Notes under the pieces: model-generated
Database searches by the model: none
Told to the model about the DNA's origin: nothing
Seen by the model: the letters and a program-made list of their open reading frames with translations, nothing else
Program-made: the position numbers and the translations under genes
Origin: a virus
Direction: 5' to 3' (one strand)
DNA length: 64,000 bases
IMG/VR virus record: IMGVR_UViG_3300021962_000028
Coordinates: 94,623 to 158,622 of that record
Shown here: piece by piece, positions 29,574 to 38,726 of the stretch
Layout: every line of letters starts with the position of its first letter
How positions within the stretch are numbered: the first letter of the stretch is position 1

Positions 29574-30599
29574 TTATTTGTTAAAACGTTTAAGTGCGTT
29601 TTCAGTTATGAAAACAAATTCAGAATCTTTAAATGATTCTAATGTTAGTGAGTTAGTGTATGACATCGCAGATTTCAAATAATCCTTGAAGTTTGTAACC
29701 CATTGCTCCAAAGTATAATCAATTTTATTTGATTTAGAAATACCCTCTGAGGTTTTTAACACTCCTTTATTCCATTTTCTCTGAACATCTTTAGTACTCA
29801 TTCCTCTAAAAGATTTGTACATATATTTTCTAAATTTAGGGTATCTATACCATATGTATTCTGACTGACTATTGGTTAAGTTGATTTTATTAAACAATCT
29901 AGTTTGTCCGCAAGATTCTAAACATTTATTTAAAACTCCTCCCAACATAACATAATCAGCACCTAACGCAAGAGCTTTAATTATATCATCATAATTTCTA
30001 AACCCTCCATCAGCAACAATTTTAGTATCATACCCATTCTCTTTTTTAATCTGATAACATTCGTGAATTAATGATGCCATAGGATAATGAATACCTGTAT
30101 TTGCCGAGGTCAAACAACCTGAACCTCCACCAATTCCCACTCTCACATAATCAACTCCAATTTTTGAAAGTTGTTTATACGTTTTAGGATTGGCAATATT
30201 CCCAACCATTAAAGTATGTAATGATTTATCTCTGTTTTTGATGAATTTTTTACATAAATCGTGTAATTTTTTAATATGACCATTGGCAATATCTACTAAA
30301 ATATTAACCTTCATATTAATCTCTTCTCTTAAATAAAAATTAACAATGGTCTCGAATTCATCTAATGAAACTGAATAAAATGTATCGTCAACCATATCTT
30401 CACCTCTAGGTAAACACACAGGAATTTTTTGGTTTAAATATTTTCTATAGTTGTCTAAATCAACAACGGTATCCATAGGGGATACCATTATAGGTAATTC
30501 TCCATTTTCATTTAAAATATTAACTTCACTTCTACTACTAATTGAGGAAATTGTTTCTGGAATTATTGTTATGTCTTTAAAGTCAAATTTTTTTTTCAT
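29574..30599 (-). CDS. guaC: GMP reductase / IMPDH family protein (no CBS domain)
   Basis: PMDTV, DIANGH, RVGIGGGSGCLT, IVADGG, FRGMS, SEG; DxANG and SEG favour GMP reductase. Confidence 0.7.
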   Translation of the reverse strand: MKKKFDFKDITIIPETISSISSRSEVNILNENGELPIMVSPMDTVVDLDNYRKYLNQKIPVCLPRGEDMVDDTFYSVSLDEFETIVNFYLREEINMKVNILVDIANGHIKKLHDLCKKFIKNRDKSLHTLMVGNIANPKTYKQLSKIGVDYVRVGIGGGSGCLTSANTGIHYPMASLIHECYQIKKENGYDTKIVADGGFRNYDDIIKALALGADYVMLGGVLNKCLESCGQTRLFNKINLTNSQSEYIWYRYPKFRKYMYKSFRGMSTKDVQRKWNKGVLKTSEGISKSNKIDYTLEQWVTNFKDYLKSAMSYTNSLTLESFKDSEFVFITENALKRFNK

Positions 30600-30759
30600 T
30601 ATCTTTTTTTATTATTTGTTTTGTTTGGAATATACAACATATTCAATCATATAAAACTATTTATTAGTAAACAAGCCTCCTCATTAAATTGGGGACTTTT
30701 AGGACCGTTACCGTTGTGGTAACAAACGAAAAGGGGAATTCGCTACTCCCCTTTTTACT

Positions 30760-30906
30760 TTAAAAAAATACCCCCCAAATCTTTAAGAAGACCCACTTAG
30801 CAATATACACACAAGACATTAGCATTACTAATGACAAACCAACTATTAATCCGACTAAACTTAGTCCGACAGTTGTTAATCCTATTTTCATCAATTTTGA
30901 GTTCAT
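30760..30906 (-). CDS. 48-aa hydrophobic peptide
   Basis: Manual ORF MNSKLMKIGLTTVGLSLVGL...; TATCTTAG upstream. Confidence 0.5.
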   Translation of the reverse strand: MNSKLMKIGLTTVGLSLVGLIVGLSLVMLMSCVYIAKWVFLKIWGVFF

Positions 30907-30930
30907 ACTGCTAAGATATAATAATTTTTT

Positions 30931-31344
30931 TTATTCGCCAAAATTATTTTCCTCAATTAATCTTGCAATTCTACTTCTACCCTTTTCATTAATTGGGATT
31001 GGATTACCTTCCTCGTCAATTCTAACAAATCTGATATGTGTTTTTAAAACAACCGCCTGATTACCTGTGTAAACATTATGGGCTCTTGCCTCCATATATA
31101 AACTAACTGAAGTATTACCTAATTTACTTGGGTACCCATAGATTTTTAAAAGTTGACCCTCTTTTGCGGGTTTCTCAAAAAAACATTTATCGATAGATAC
31201 TGTGACCATTCTTGGTGAGTCACATAATTGCATTGAATAACCCGCGGCTGCGGCGTCAATCCAGGCCAAAAGTTTTCCTCCAAATAAGTTTCCGTGAAAA
31301 CCTAAATCGGATTTTTTAATTGGGTGAGTGTTTAAAAGTTCCAT
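30931..31344 (-). CDS. Acyl-CoA thioesterase (hotdog fold, YciA-like)
   Basis: DLGFHGNLFGGKLLAWID, VTVSID, FVRIDEEG. Confidence 0.88.
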   Translation of the reverse strand: MELLNTHPIKKSDLGFHGNLFGGKLLAWIDAAAAGYSMQLCDSPRMVTVSIDKCFFEKPAKEGQLLKIYGYPSKLGNTSVSLYMEARAHNVYTGNQAVVLKTHIRFVRIDEEGNPIPINEKGRSRIARLIEENNFGE

Positions 31345-31410
31345 AACCCAAATATAATAAAAAACCCCCGATGAATCAAAGGGGGTTTTAATTTTTTTAG
31401 AAGAAATATA

Positions 31411-31683
31411 TTAATTAGTTTCCTCTTCTTTAGTTGCGTTTGCAACATCTTTTTTCATTGCAATAAATTTATCCGCAGAAGATAAACCTAAACAACCAAA
31501 TGCTAATAATGCAACTGCGTTAACTAAAGAATCCGCAGGTTTAATATCCCCGTGAGAATAACTGTTCACATACATAGTAATACATAGTGTTAATGCACAT
31601 ACAATACCTACAAATCTTTTAGATGAAGGTATTCCGTTTTCGTCTTTAAAAAGTCCTGAGACCCAGTCAATAATTTTTTTCAT
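31411..31683 (-). CDS. Two-TM membrane protein, holin candidate
   Basis: SSKRF then two TM helices and a charged C-tail; GTATTTATA upstream. Confidence 0.5.
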   Translation of the reverse strand: MKKIIDWVSGLFKDENGIPSSKRFVGIVCALTLCITMYVNSYSHGDIKPADSLVNAVALLAFGCLGLSSADKFIAMKKDVANATKEEETN

Positions 31684-31727
31684 ATCTTGGTAGTTTTTAT
31701 ACCTATAAATACTTTCAAAAACTAAAA

Positions 31728-32025
31728 AAGGGAGACCGTCGTCTCCCTTGTACTTTCCCCGTCAGGAAATTTTTAGAAATTTTACTTAGGACTTCTTAGT
31801 TCCTGTGTGGGTTGAACATCCACCACTTTTATTTAGGAAGAAAAGTGAGTAAAAAACCTGGCAACTTTAAACTTATTTTAGTGTACACTAGGATGTAGTT
31901 AAGGTATTTCCAACCTATAAACCTTATCACTTTGCGTTCGTTTTGTCTTTTAGTTTTGAGAGGTTGGACAAAATCTGCGGGTGTAGTGATTGAAAACCCT
32001 TGAAAAAGAATACCTCTGTTCAATA
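31728..32025 (-). ncRNA. Candidate structured ncRNA, about 290 nt
   Basis: Run of hairpins ending in a terminator; no convincing ORF. Confidence 0.4.
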
Positions 32026-32070
32026 TTTAAATGATAAGTACATTATTTTAAAATGTCAAATCTTTTTTTG

Positions 32071-32144
32071 TGGTAGGGATTGGAATCGAACCAATGGCAC
32101 ACCGTTGTTCAAACGGATGCTCTGCCTTCTGAGCTACCTCTACC
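32071..32144 (-). tRNA. tRNA-Phe-like (anticodon GAA), atypical
   Basis: GGTAGAG acceptor, TAGCTCAG..GG..AGAGC D arm, loop TTGAACA, GGTTCGATTCC; C37, U27:U43 and A6:C67 mismatches. Confidence 0.75.
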
Positions 32145-32225
32145 AAATGTTTTAAAGAACAACAATATAAAGATAATAACTTTTTTTCAATCAGTCAAAT
32201 TTTAAACAAAAAAAAAGGAAGATTT

Positions 32226-32357
32226 TCATCTTCCTTGTCCTCTGTAATTTTTTTCAGATTTGTCGTGTTTGTTACGTTTTTTTTGGTACTTACCTTTTTT
32301 CTTTTTACCGAAAGAAACTTTCATACCATTAGATGAACTGCCTTTAGTCTTCGCCAT
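32226..32357 (-). CDS. 43-aa Lys-rich peptide ending YRGQGR
   Basis: Manual ORF MAKTKGSSSNGMKVSFGKKKKGKYQKKRNKHDKSEKNYRGQGR. Confidence 0.65.
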   Translation of the reverse strand: MAKTKGSSSNGMKVSFGKKKKGKYQKKRNKHDKSEKNYRGQGR

Positions 32358-32369
32358 TTTCTAATTTTA

Positions 32370-33383
32370 TTACTCAAATTTTATGTGAACGTATTCACCT
32401 AGTGGACCTGCGGCTTTTAACACATAAGGAGCACTATTCAATTCGGGAATTGCGTTTTTCAACTCATTATACGTTTTATATGCCTTAGCCTTACACAACT
32501 GTAGATTACCTGTTCCATCGTCATTGTTTCCAACAACTAAATCATCATAGTTCATAGTATCCGACCACTTTGGTTTAGTCCCGTCATTATCAATATGTCC
32601 AGCAGGTACTTTAGATGTTGATGCGTTAATCATAAGTCGATTAATTTTACCCCCATCCGCAATATGTTTTTTAATAGTGTCAATAAATGATGCGGTATGT
32701 AAATTGTGAGGAGTATCACTATTTTCCGCGAAAAAATCACCAATATTATACGTTTTTGGTAATTTTAACATATTTTGATTAACCCCAAAATCTTTTAAAG
32801 ATATTGGTTGTCCGTGCATTGAGACCTCAAGTCGAATACCATAATCCTTACCGTGTTTAAATGCCGATTGTTGGAAGAATATCTTATTTCCTGGTTTTGC
32901 GTCGATGGTATTTAATCTACCCTCAACACCATCAGGGAATTCTGTACCAACAACAAACCCACCTAAGGTTGGTGCCATATATTTTTGAGAATAAAACACA
33001 ATTGGTAACATACTACCGAAGTTGGCAATCGCTTCATTTTTACCGTAGATATACTTACCGTAATTAATTGCATTTTTCATTTTTTGGTCAAAATTAAGAC
33101 CTGATAATTCTTTCCCTTTAATATTTTCATCGTCAACTTCTTGAGTCTTTTGAGTCCACTCTGCGGATATTTCATTTGTGGACGGGAATTCAACTGACAT
33201 ATTAGGACTTAACTCTCCTGTTGATTTATCCGCCAAACACATTCTACCATTATCAACATAAAAATAAAAACCACCAAGAGCGAAATATTCCCCTGCGTGA
33301 TTTAAACTGTCATCGTGTTCCTTAATAACTCTAGTGACAATTCTTCTTAAGTCAGATTCGGTTAATTTTATAATTTTTTTCAT
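32370..33383 (-). CDS. Leader protein with possible degenerate OmpA-like C-terminal domain
   Basis: MKKIIKLTESDLRRIV; INASTS...NLQLCKAKA resembles NxxLSxxRA. Confidence 0.55.
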   Translation of the reverse strand: MKKIIKLTESDLRRIVTRVIKEHDDSLNHAGEYFALGGFYFYVDNGRMCLADKSTGELSPNMSVEFPSTNEISAEWTQKTQEVDDENIKGKELSGLNFDQKMKNAINYGKYIYGKNEAIANFGSMLPIVFYSQKYMAPTLGGFVVGTEFPDGVEGRLNTIDAKPGNKIFFQQSAFKHGKDYGIRLEVSMHGQPISLKDFGVNQNMLKLPKTYNIGDFFAENSDTPHNLHTASFIDTIKKHIADGGKINRLMINASTSKVPAGHIDNDGTKPKWSDTMNYDDLVVGNNDDGTGNLQLCKAKAYKTYNELKNAIPELNSAPYVLKAAGPLGEYVHIKFE

Positions 33384-33423
33384 AATATACTGTTGTTTAT
33401 AAATACTTGTCTACATACGAATG

Positions 33424-33819
33424 TTATTCGTATAATTTATCTTCAATCTCTTTATGGCTTTTAGCAAATTTCTTAATTAGAATTCCTGCGACCGCGTTTG
33501 CGTGATTTTCGGACCACCCTCCTATTTTTAATTTTTTCATAGAATCGGTTAACCCCATTTTCTGATGTTGATACTCGTGGACCCATTCGTGAGCCAAAGT
33601 TCTTAGAACATCTATAAACATTCTACCATCCTTCAAGACTTTAATGTGATGTTTTTTCATTCTAACACCCGTTGTCATATTTTCATCCTTATTGTTATTA
33701 AAATCAACAGTAATATCATCATTTAACGGAAGTTCTTTATTTAAAAATTTAAAAAATTCGTCAATTAAAGGATATTCTTCCTGACTAATATTACCCTTAT
33801 GTTTAATTTTAACCTTCAT
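33424..33819 (-). CDS. HExxH metallopeptidase-like protein
   Basis: LRTLAHEWVH...ENHANA; start moved to ATG 33819. Confidence 0.65.
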   Translation of the reverse strand: MKVKIKHKGNISQEEYPLIDEFFKFLNKELPLNDDITVDFNNNKDENMTTGVRMKKHHIKVLKDGRMFIDVLRTLAHEWVHEYQHQKMGLTDSMKKLKIGGWSENHANAVAGILIKKFAKSHKEIEDKLYE

Positions 33820-33856
33820 ACTATATAAATACCAAGAATTTATTATATTTATTGGT

Positions 33857-34438
33857 ATGTCTAATAATATAGTTGATTTTATAAAAAAACAAGATAATCT
33901 ATTTGATGCCGCAAAGTATTTTGGGGGTATAAATAAATTACGTGAACTATCAAAAAATAATGACGAATTAAAATCTTTCATTAAAAGTTTATCCGAGGGT
34001 CGGTTATCCATTAAAGCTAGTAACGGTAAAAGATACTATTTTGATTTTAATATCTTAGATTTTGATATTGATGATTATGATGCGGACCAACATATTATGA
34101 TTATTGCGGATTTAATAATTGATTATCCTAATTTAACTAATGATGAATTATTAACTATAGGTAAATGGGCTTCTGAATATCTTGAAGATGATTCCCCATA
34201 CGAAATTTCAACACCTGAGGGGTTATTTGATGATGATGTACACTCGTATTATAGAGTAACTGTTAGAGAAGTTAATAGTGAAAAGGTTCCTTGGGAACAA
34301 GAAAGGTTATTAGATGACCCTGATTTAATTATACCTGATGAAACTGTTGAAGAGTTAATTCAGAAAAGTAAAATATCTAAAGAACCTGTAACTGAATCGT
34401 TAATTCAATTACGAAATTTATTTAATAAAGTTCTTTAA
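33857..34438 (+). CDS. Hypothetical protein
   Basis: ORF track; ATATTTATT upstream. Confidence 0.7.
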   Translation: MSNNIVDFIKKQDNLFDAAKYFGGINKLRELSKNNDELKSFIKSLSEGRLSIKASNGKRYYFDFNILDFDIDDYDADQHIMIIADLIIDYPNLTNDELLTIGKWASEYLEDDSPYEISTPEGLFDDDVHSYYRVTVREVNSEKVPWEQERLLDDPDLIIPDETVEELIQKSKISKEPVTESLIQLRNLFNKVL

Positions 34439-34672
34439 CTTTCTAACCAAGTTATGGTAACCTCTTCTAGATGTTGGTGACAACCAAAAATACAATCCAA
34501 AGAACAACCCCGAAAGGCAATAGAAAATTAAATCCGTAGTCCAATAAGACCCTGTCCACTTCATTATTAGTGCAAACAGAGCGTCGAACCCTAACGGATT
34601 GAAGAACGTTGCGAGGATTAAACTCGTCATCGCCAATTTTCTCTTTATGTTTTTCTTCCCTATAACTGTCAC
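34418..34672 (-). CDS. Small membrane protein
   Basis: FFNPLGFDALF...IFYCLSGLFFGLYF. Confidence 0.55.
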   Translation of the reverse strand: MTVIGKKNIKRKLAMTSLILATFFNPLGFDALFALIMKWTGSYWTTDLIFYCLSGLFFGLYFWLSPTSRRGYHNLVRKLKNFIK

Positions 34673-34761
34673 TGTCCATAAAATAATATCTAAAGATTTA
34701 TCTCTTTCGAGTACTTTTAAAAAGTTGTTTACAATAAATATAACAATAATATATTTAATAG

Positions 34762-35691
34762 TGAAACCTTGTTACTGAGGTCCACCCGTTTTTATGACGG
34801 TTGAGTTGGGTAGATACCAACGAAGTGGGGTTCAATAAACATAAAAATTAAAATAAGGAAAAATGTATTATCAAACAAAAACTGCAACGCCTTGTGCGTT
34901 CATCACAAAAGACAAACAACGTCTTAAACAATTTGGACAAAATGTCTATCTTAAAAATGGGGCGGAATTCGAACTAGAATTATTTAACCCATCTCAATCA
35001 ACAGTATTATCAAAAATTAAAATTAACGGAAATTACCTTTCAGGTGGTGGTATTGTTATTAAACCTGGCCAAAGAATATATCTTGAAAGATATTTGGACG
35101 ATGCGAAAAAATTCAAATTTGAAACTTATGAAGTCGATGGTACTTCTAATGAAGTCTTAGAAGCAATATCATCTAACGGTGATGTAATTATTGAGTTTTA
35201 TGAAGAGTATATTAAACCAAACTATTCACAACCTGTCTTGGTTAATAATTTAAAAAATTATCCATCCACAAACCCATATCCTTACTATGGGCCAACATTT
35301 ACAACAACAGGTGGGGTAGGGTTTAACACCTCATCGGTTAATTACTCATCAACAAATATAGTGTCATCTTACCACAGTAATTCAAGTAACACATTCGAGG
35401 GTCCAAATAAAAGAGATATTCCAAGAAGTAGAAAACTTAAAAGTTTAGAAACAGGTAGGGTTGAGAAAGGTGGTAATAGTAACCAATCTTTTAAAACCGT
35501 TAACTTAGATTTTAATTCTTGGACGGTATCAAAATCTGTTTGGAAAATTTTACCTGAATCGGTTAAACCATATGAAGTAAAAGATTTAAAAGTTTACTGT
35601 ACTGAATGTGGTAGTAAGAGAAAAAAAGATTCTCATAAATTTTGTCCATCCTGCGGAACAAAATATTAATTAAAATAATAACAAGGTTTCA
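34762..35691. repeat. 13-bp perfect inverted repeat bracketing one gene
   Basis: TGAAACCTTGTTA at 34762-34774 and TAACAAGGTTTCA at 35679-35691. Confidence 0.85.
34863..35669 (+). CDS. Beta-rich protein with C-terminal zinc ribbon
   Basis: CTECG...FCPSCG at the C-terminus. Confidence 0.75.
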   Translation: MYYQTKTATPCAFITKDKQRLKQFGQNVYLKNGAEFELELFNPSQSTVLSKIKINGNYLSGGGIVIKPGQRIYLERYLDDAKKFKFETYEVDGTSNEVLEAISSNGDVIIEFYEEYIKPNYSQPVLVNNLKNYPSTNPYPYYGPTFTTTGGVGFNTSSVNYSSTNIVSSYHSNSSNTFEGPNKRDIPRSRKLKSLETGRVEKGGNSNQSFKTVNLDFNSWTVSKSVWKILPESVKPYEVKDLKVYCTECGSKRKKDSHKFCPSCGTKY

Positions 35692-35754
35692 AACCCCCAC
35701 TCAAAAGGTGGGGGTTCTTTTTTTTACTAACTCATATTTATATTAAAAAAAGTT

Positions 35755-36351
35755 ATGAGTTACACAAGAGAACAAATTGAATCCGCAGTAAAATCAAAAG
35801 GTTATGTTTGGTTTGAGGGCGCAAAAGACTTCGATGTTAATATCGTTGGGGTTAGAAACTCGGCAACGGGTGATAAAGTTACAAACGTATTTGACGACAC
35901 TATGACTGTGTCTTACAAAGAGGGTGGAGTATGGAAATTCCATCAATGGAATATCACAACTGACCCAGGTAAAAAGGCGATGTTAGAATACCATAACGCT
36001 AATGGTGTTGCAAGATTGGTTGAAGGTCAATATCGTGGCTCACATACTATCGGTTTACACCAAGGAAAGTACGAAGCGTTAAGACAGGCTAAAAACGTTA
36101 AAGTATATCGAGATAAAGATAAAGATATGCAATACGATGAGAACGTAATTCAAGAAGGAATATTTGGAATTAATATTCACCGTAGTTCTGCAACAGGTAC
36201 GTCGACATTTGTTGAAAACTGGTCTGAAGGATGTCAAGTATTTGCAAATGTAAAAGATTTTGATTCTTTTATGTCAATTTGTAAAAAAGCTAGAGACATT
36301 CACGGTAATAGTTTCACTTACACACTAATAGAATCATCTGACATTAAATAA
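35755..36351 (+). CDS. Putative peptidoglycan L,D-peptidase (YkuD-like His/Cys motif)
   Basis: GINIH...WSEGCQV; ATATTTATA upstream. Confidence 0.6.
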   Translation: MSYTREQIESAVKSKGYVWFEGAKDFDVNIVGVRNSATGDKVTNVFDDTMTVSYKEGGVWKFHQWNITTDPGKKAMLEYHNANGVARLVEGQYRGSHTIGLHQGKYEALRQAKNVKVYRDKDKDMQYDENVIQEGIFGINIHRSSATGTSTFVENWSEGCQVFANVKDFDSFMSICKKARDIHGNSFTYTLIESSDIK

Positions 36352-36377
36352 AAAAACCCCCGAAAGGGGGTTTTTTG

Positions 36378-36596
36378 TTATCTTTTAGGTAAATTTTTAA
36401 ACAAACTACCAATAATTTTCATTGATTCCGCCATTTGTTTTGGGTCTCCAATATTAGGAGAGTTACCAATAAATGGGTTATTATTTACCTTATTTACTAT
36501 TTTTTTACCAAATTTCTTCCAAATATAGACGATTCCGACTAAAAAAGTTAATAAAATTAAACACAATACCGTTAAAATAAAATTCAAATAGACCAT
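36378..36596 (-). CDS. Small single-TM protein
   Basis: N-terminal hydrophobic helix. Confidence 0.6.
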   Translation of the reverse strand: MVYLNFILTVLCLILLTFLVGIVYIWKKFGKKIVNKVNNNPFIGNSPNIGDPKQMAESMKIIGSLFKNLPKR

Positions 36597-36664
36597 AATT
36601 ACATTTTTATCTAAACATAGTAGACAAAAATTAATAAATCAAGTACCTCGTAAATAAGTTAATA

Positions 36665-37522
36665 TTACTTACAAGATTTTTTAGCAATCTCCACCTGTTC
36701 GTCAGATAAATTATGAGCTAACACATATTCATCCCAAGTAAATCCATTATATCGACTTGCCTCATTTTTAATTACACCATCCACTAAATAATTACAATAA
36801 AAATTATTGGCATCTTTTTGTTTTGTATCATTTTCGTTAACATCGGTTGTCGTGCTCGTATTTGTTGTGGTAGAATTTGTTGTAGAATTAGACTGCGGAT
36901 TTGTAACAGTTATTGTCGAATTTTCAGGTTTTTTATTTAACTCGTAATTATAATTTTTTTGTTGACTTTTAAGTAAATTGTCAGATTCCGATGAGGTTTT
37001 TGGTTTCACAGGTTCTTGAAATTTAGGAGGGCCTACAATATCACCAAGTTGGGATTGTACACTATTATCTGTCGACTTAACCCATCCTGAAGTTACTTTA
37101 CTATTCCAAACATACGTTTTATCGTCAAGTTGTCCTGATAAATCGCTTAATTTTACAGGTCCCATTTGTTTACCATCTTTATAATAATACCACCCGTCCT
37201 CAACTTTGTTAGAACCCCCACTATTATTCGCATTATTATTAGCGTTTAATCTAACTAAAAAAGCGTCCTTATATGATTGCCAAACACCATTAGTTGCAAC
37301 ACCATATGTTCCCATATCTTTTTCAGGTAAAGTACCGCCATTAAACCATTTAGGGTCTTCTCCGTTCATATATTTTTGAAACGCGATTATTTTATCCTTA
37401 GTGTCTAATTCGGCTGGTGGAGTAAACGTTTGTTCATTTAATGATGAATTTTTAGAACCGTATATCGTTCTAATGTGACTTCTATCGTTTTCTGTAATAA
37501 CTAATGCTAAACTATTTTTCAT
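36665..37522 (-). CDS. Leader protein with GYF_2 (DUF4339)-like domain
   Basis: WYYYKDGKQMGPV...TYVW...W. Confidence 0.65.
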   Translation of the reverse strand: MKNSLALVITENDRSHIRTIYGSKNSSLNEQTFTPPAELDTKDKIIAFQKYMNGEDPKWFNGGTLPEKDMGTYGVATNGVWQSYKDAFLVRLNANNNANNSGGSNKVEDGWYYYKDGKQMGPVKLSDLSGQLDDKTYVWNSKVTSGWVKSTDNSVQSQLGDIVGPPKFQEPVKPKTSSESDNLLKSQQKNYNYELNKKPENSTITVTNPQSNSTTNSTTTNTSTTTDVNENDTKQKDANNFYCNYLVDGVIKNEASRYNGFTWDEYVLAHNLSDEQVEIAKKSCK

Positions 37523-37524
37523 AT

Positions 37525-38073
37525 TTAATTTGTTTTATAATCAGGACCCGCCATCGTTATCCCTCTCGACGAACTAGGTGTACCATTACCACCTTTTTCA
37601 GTTTTCTTTTTATCTTGTTGAAGCATATAAAACCATTCAGGTGCAAAACAATTACGTTTACTATCTACATTTCCGTAATACCCTGAAAAGTTTAAAGTTT
37701 CTTTAGTTTTATCTCTCCTGAAACAAGCGGTAAATTTTTGACCTTTCCAAGAGAATGACCGAGTTCCATTAGGTGCCCCAACATTCTGAATATCATAAAT
37801 CATTTTTTTTTGTAAGTTTAAACATTCTTCTGAAGATATGTTGTAAAACTTACTACTTGGGTTTTTTATGGCTTTATTACAATATTCTTGGAATACGTCA
37901 GCGTTTATTTTATCAAAAGAAGATGGAAGGGCTCCTATAGTACTAATATTAGTAATACTTTCACCTCCAAATATACTAGGTAATGGTCTACCCATATAGT
38001 CAACATAACTACCTTCTGTAGTTTGTTCTTCCGCTTCTAATAAAACCTTTCTTATTATTTTTCTAATATTCAT
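37525..38073 (-). CDS. Hypothetical protein with IRKVLLE leader
   Basis: ORF track. Confidence 0.7.
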   Translation of the reverse strand: MNIRKIIRKVLLEAEEQTTEGSYVDYMGRPLPSIFGGESITNISTIGALPSSFDKINADVFQEYCNKAIKNPSSKFYNISSEECLNLQKKMIYDIQNVGAPNGTRSFSWKGQKFTACFRRDKTKETLNFSGYYGNVDSKRNCFAPEWFYMLQQDKKKTEKGGNGTPSSSRGITMAGPDYKTN

Positions 38074-38103
38074 TTTTAATAATATTACTATAAATACTTA
38101 ACT

Positions 38104-38412
38104 TTAATCAAATCGATTAACATCAATATAGTATTTTATTGTTCTTCTTGCGATGTTAGTATCTAAATTTGGGAACTCGTCTTCAATCTCGTTGAAAATT
38201 CGACTAACTAAGTATTTTTTATTATCATCCAAATTTCTACCCTTATCGTCAATCATAATAGCCCTATGGACAAACGGTTTGTCCCCAAAGTTATATTCTG
38301 TTTTATGTATTGGGAAATGTCTTTTAAGATAGTTTAAAAGTCTTTTGTCGGTATTATCTGTATACTTACTGATAATGTCTTTTTTCTCCTCCTCTGTGAT
38401 AATAAGTCTCAT
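38104..38412 (-). CDS. Hypothetical protein with IITEEEK leader
   Basis: ORF track. Confidence 0.7.
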   Translation of the reverse strand: MRLIITEEEKKDIISKYTDNTDKRLLNYLKRHFPIHKTEYNFGDKPFVHRAIMIDDKGRNLDDNKKYLVSRIFNEIEDEFPNLDTNIARRTIKYYIDVNRFD

Positions 38413-38456
38413 AGTTATAAATACACTTAATTCTAATTATAGTTATAATTATCAAT

Positions 38457-38726
38457 ATGAAAAGAATGCTTGAACATCTTATTAATGTAATCCAAAGGGA
38501 AGACCTCGAACTAATGTTTGGTAAGGGGAGTAAGGTGGTTGTAGAATCTGTAACATATTCCACAAATACAAAAAAAATCGTAATCCATTCTAAAGTACTT
38601 GCAACTGATGTTGATGACTCAATAGACATTTTCCCAACAGGTTTAAATATGTTAGTAAACGAGGGTTGGAAATATATGGGATATAACGAAGAATTAACTT
38701 TAATAAACTCGTTAGACGTTCTTTAG
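38457..38726 (+). CDS. Hypothetical protein
   Basis: ORF track. Confidence 0.6.
   Translation: MKRMLEHLINVIQREDLELMFGKGSKVVVESVTYSTNTKKIVIHSKVLATDVDDSIDIFPTGLNMLVNEGWKYMGYNEELTLINSLDVL

Noticed and set aside
34762-35691. Retron a1/a2 repeats, IS/MITE ends, or hammerhead ribozyme in the leader
   Set aside because: No reverse transcriptase or transposase, no target-site duplication seen, and the CUGAnGA/GAAA core is absent
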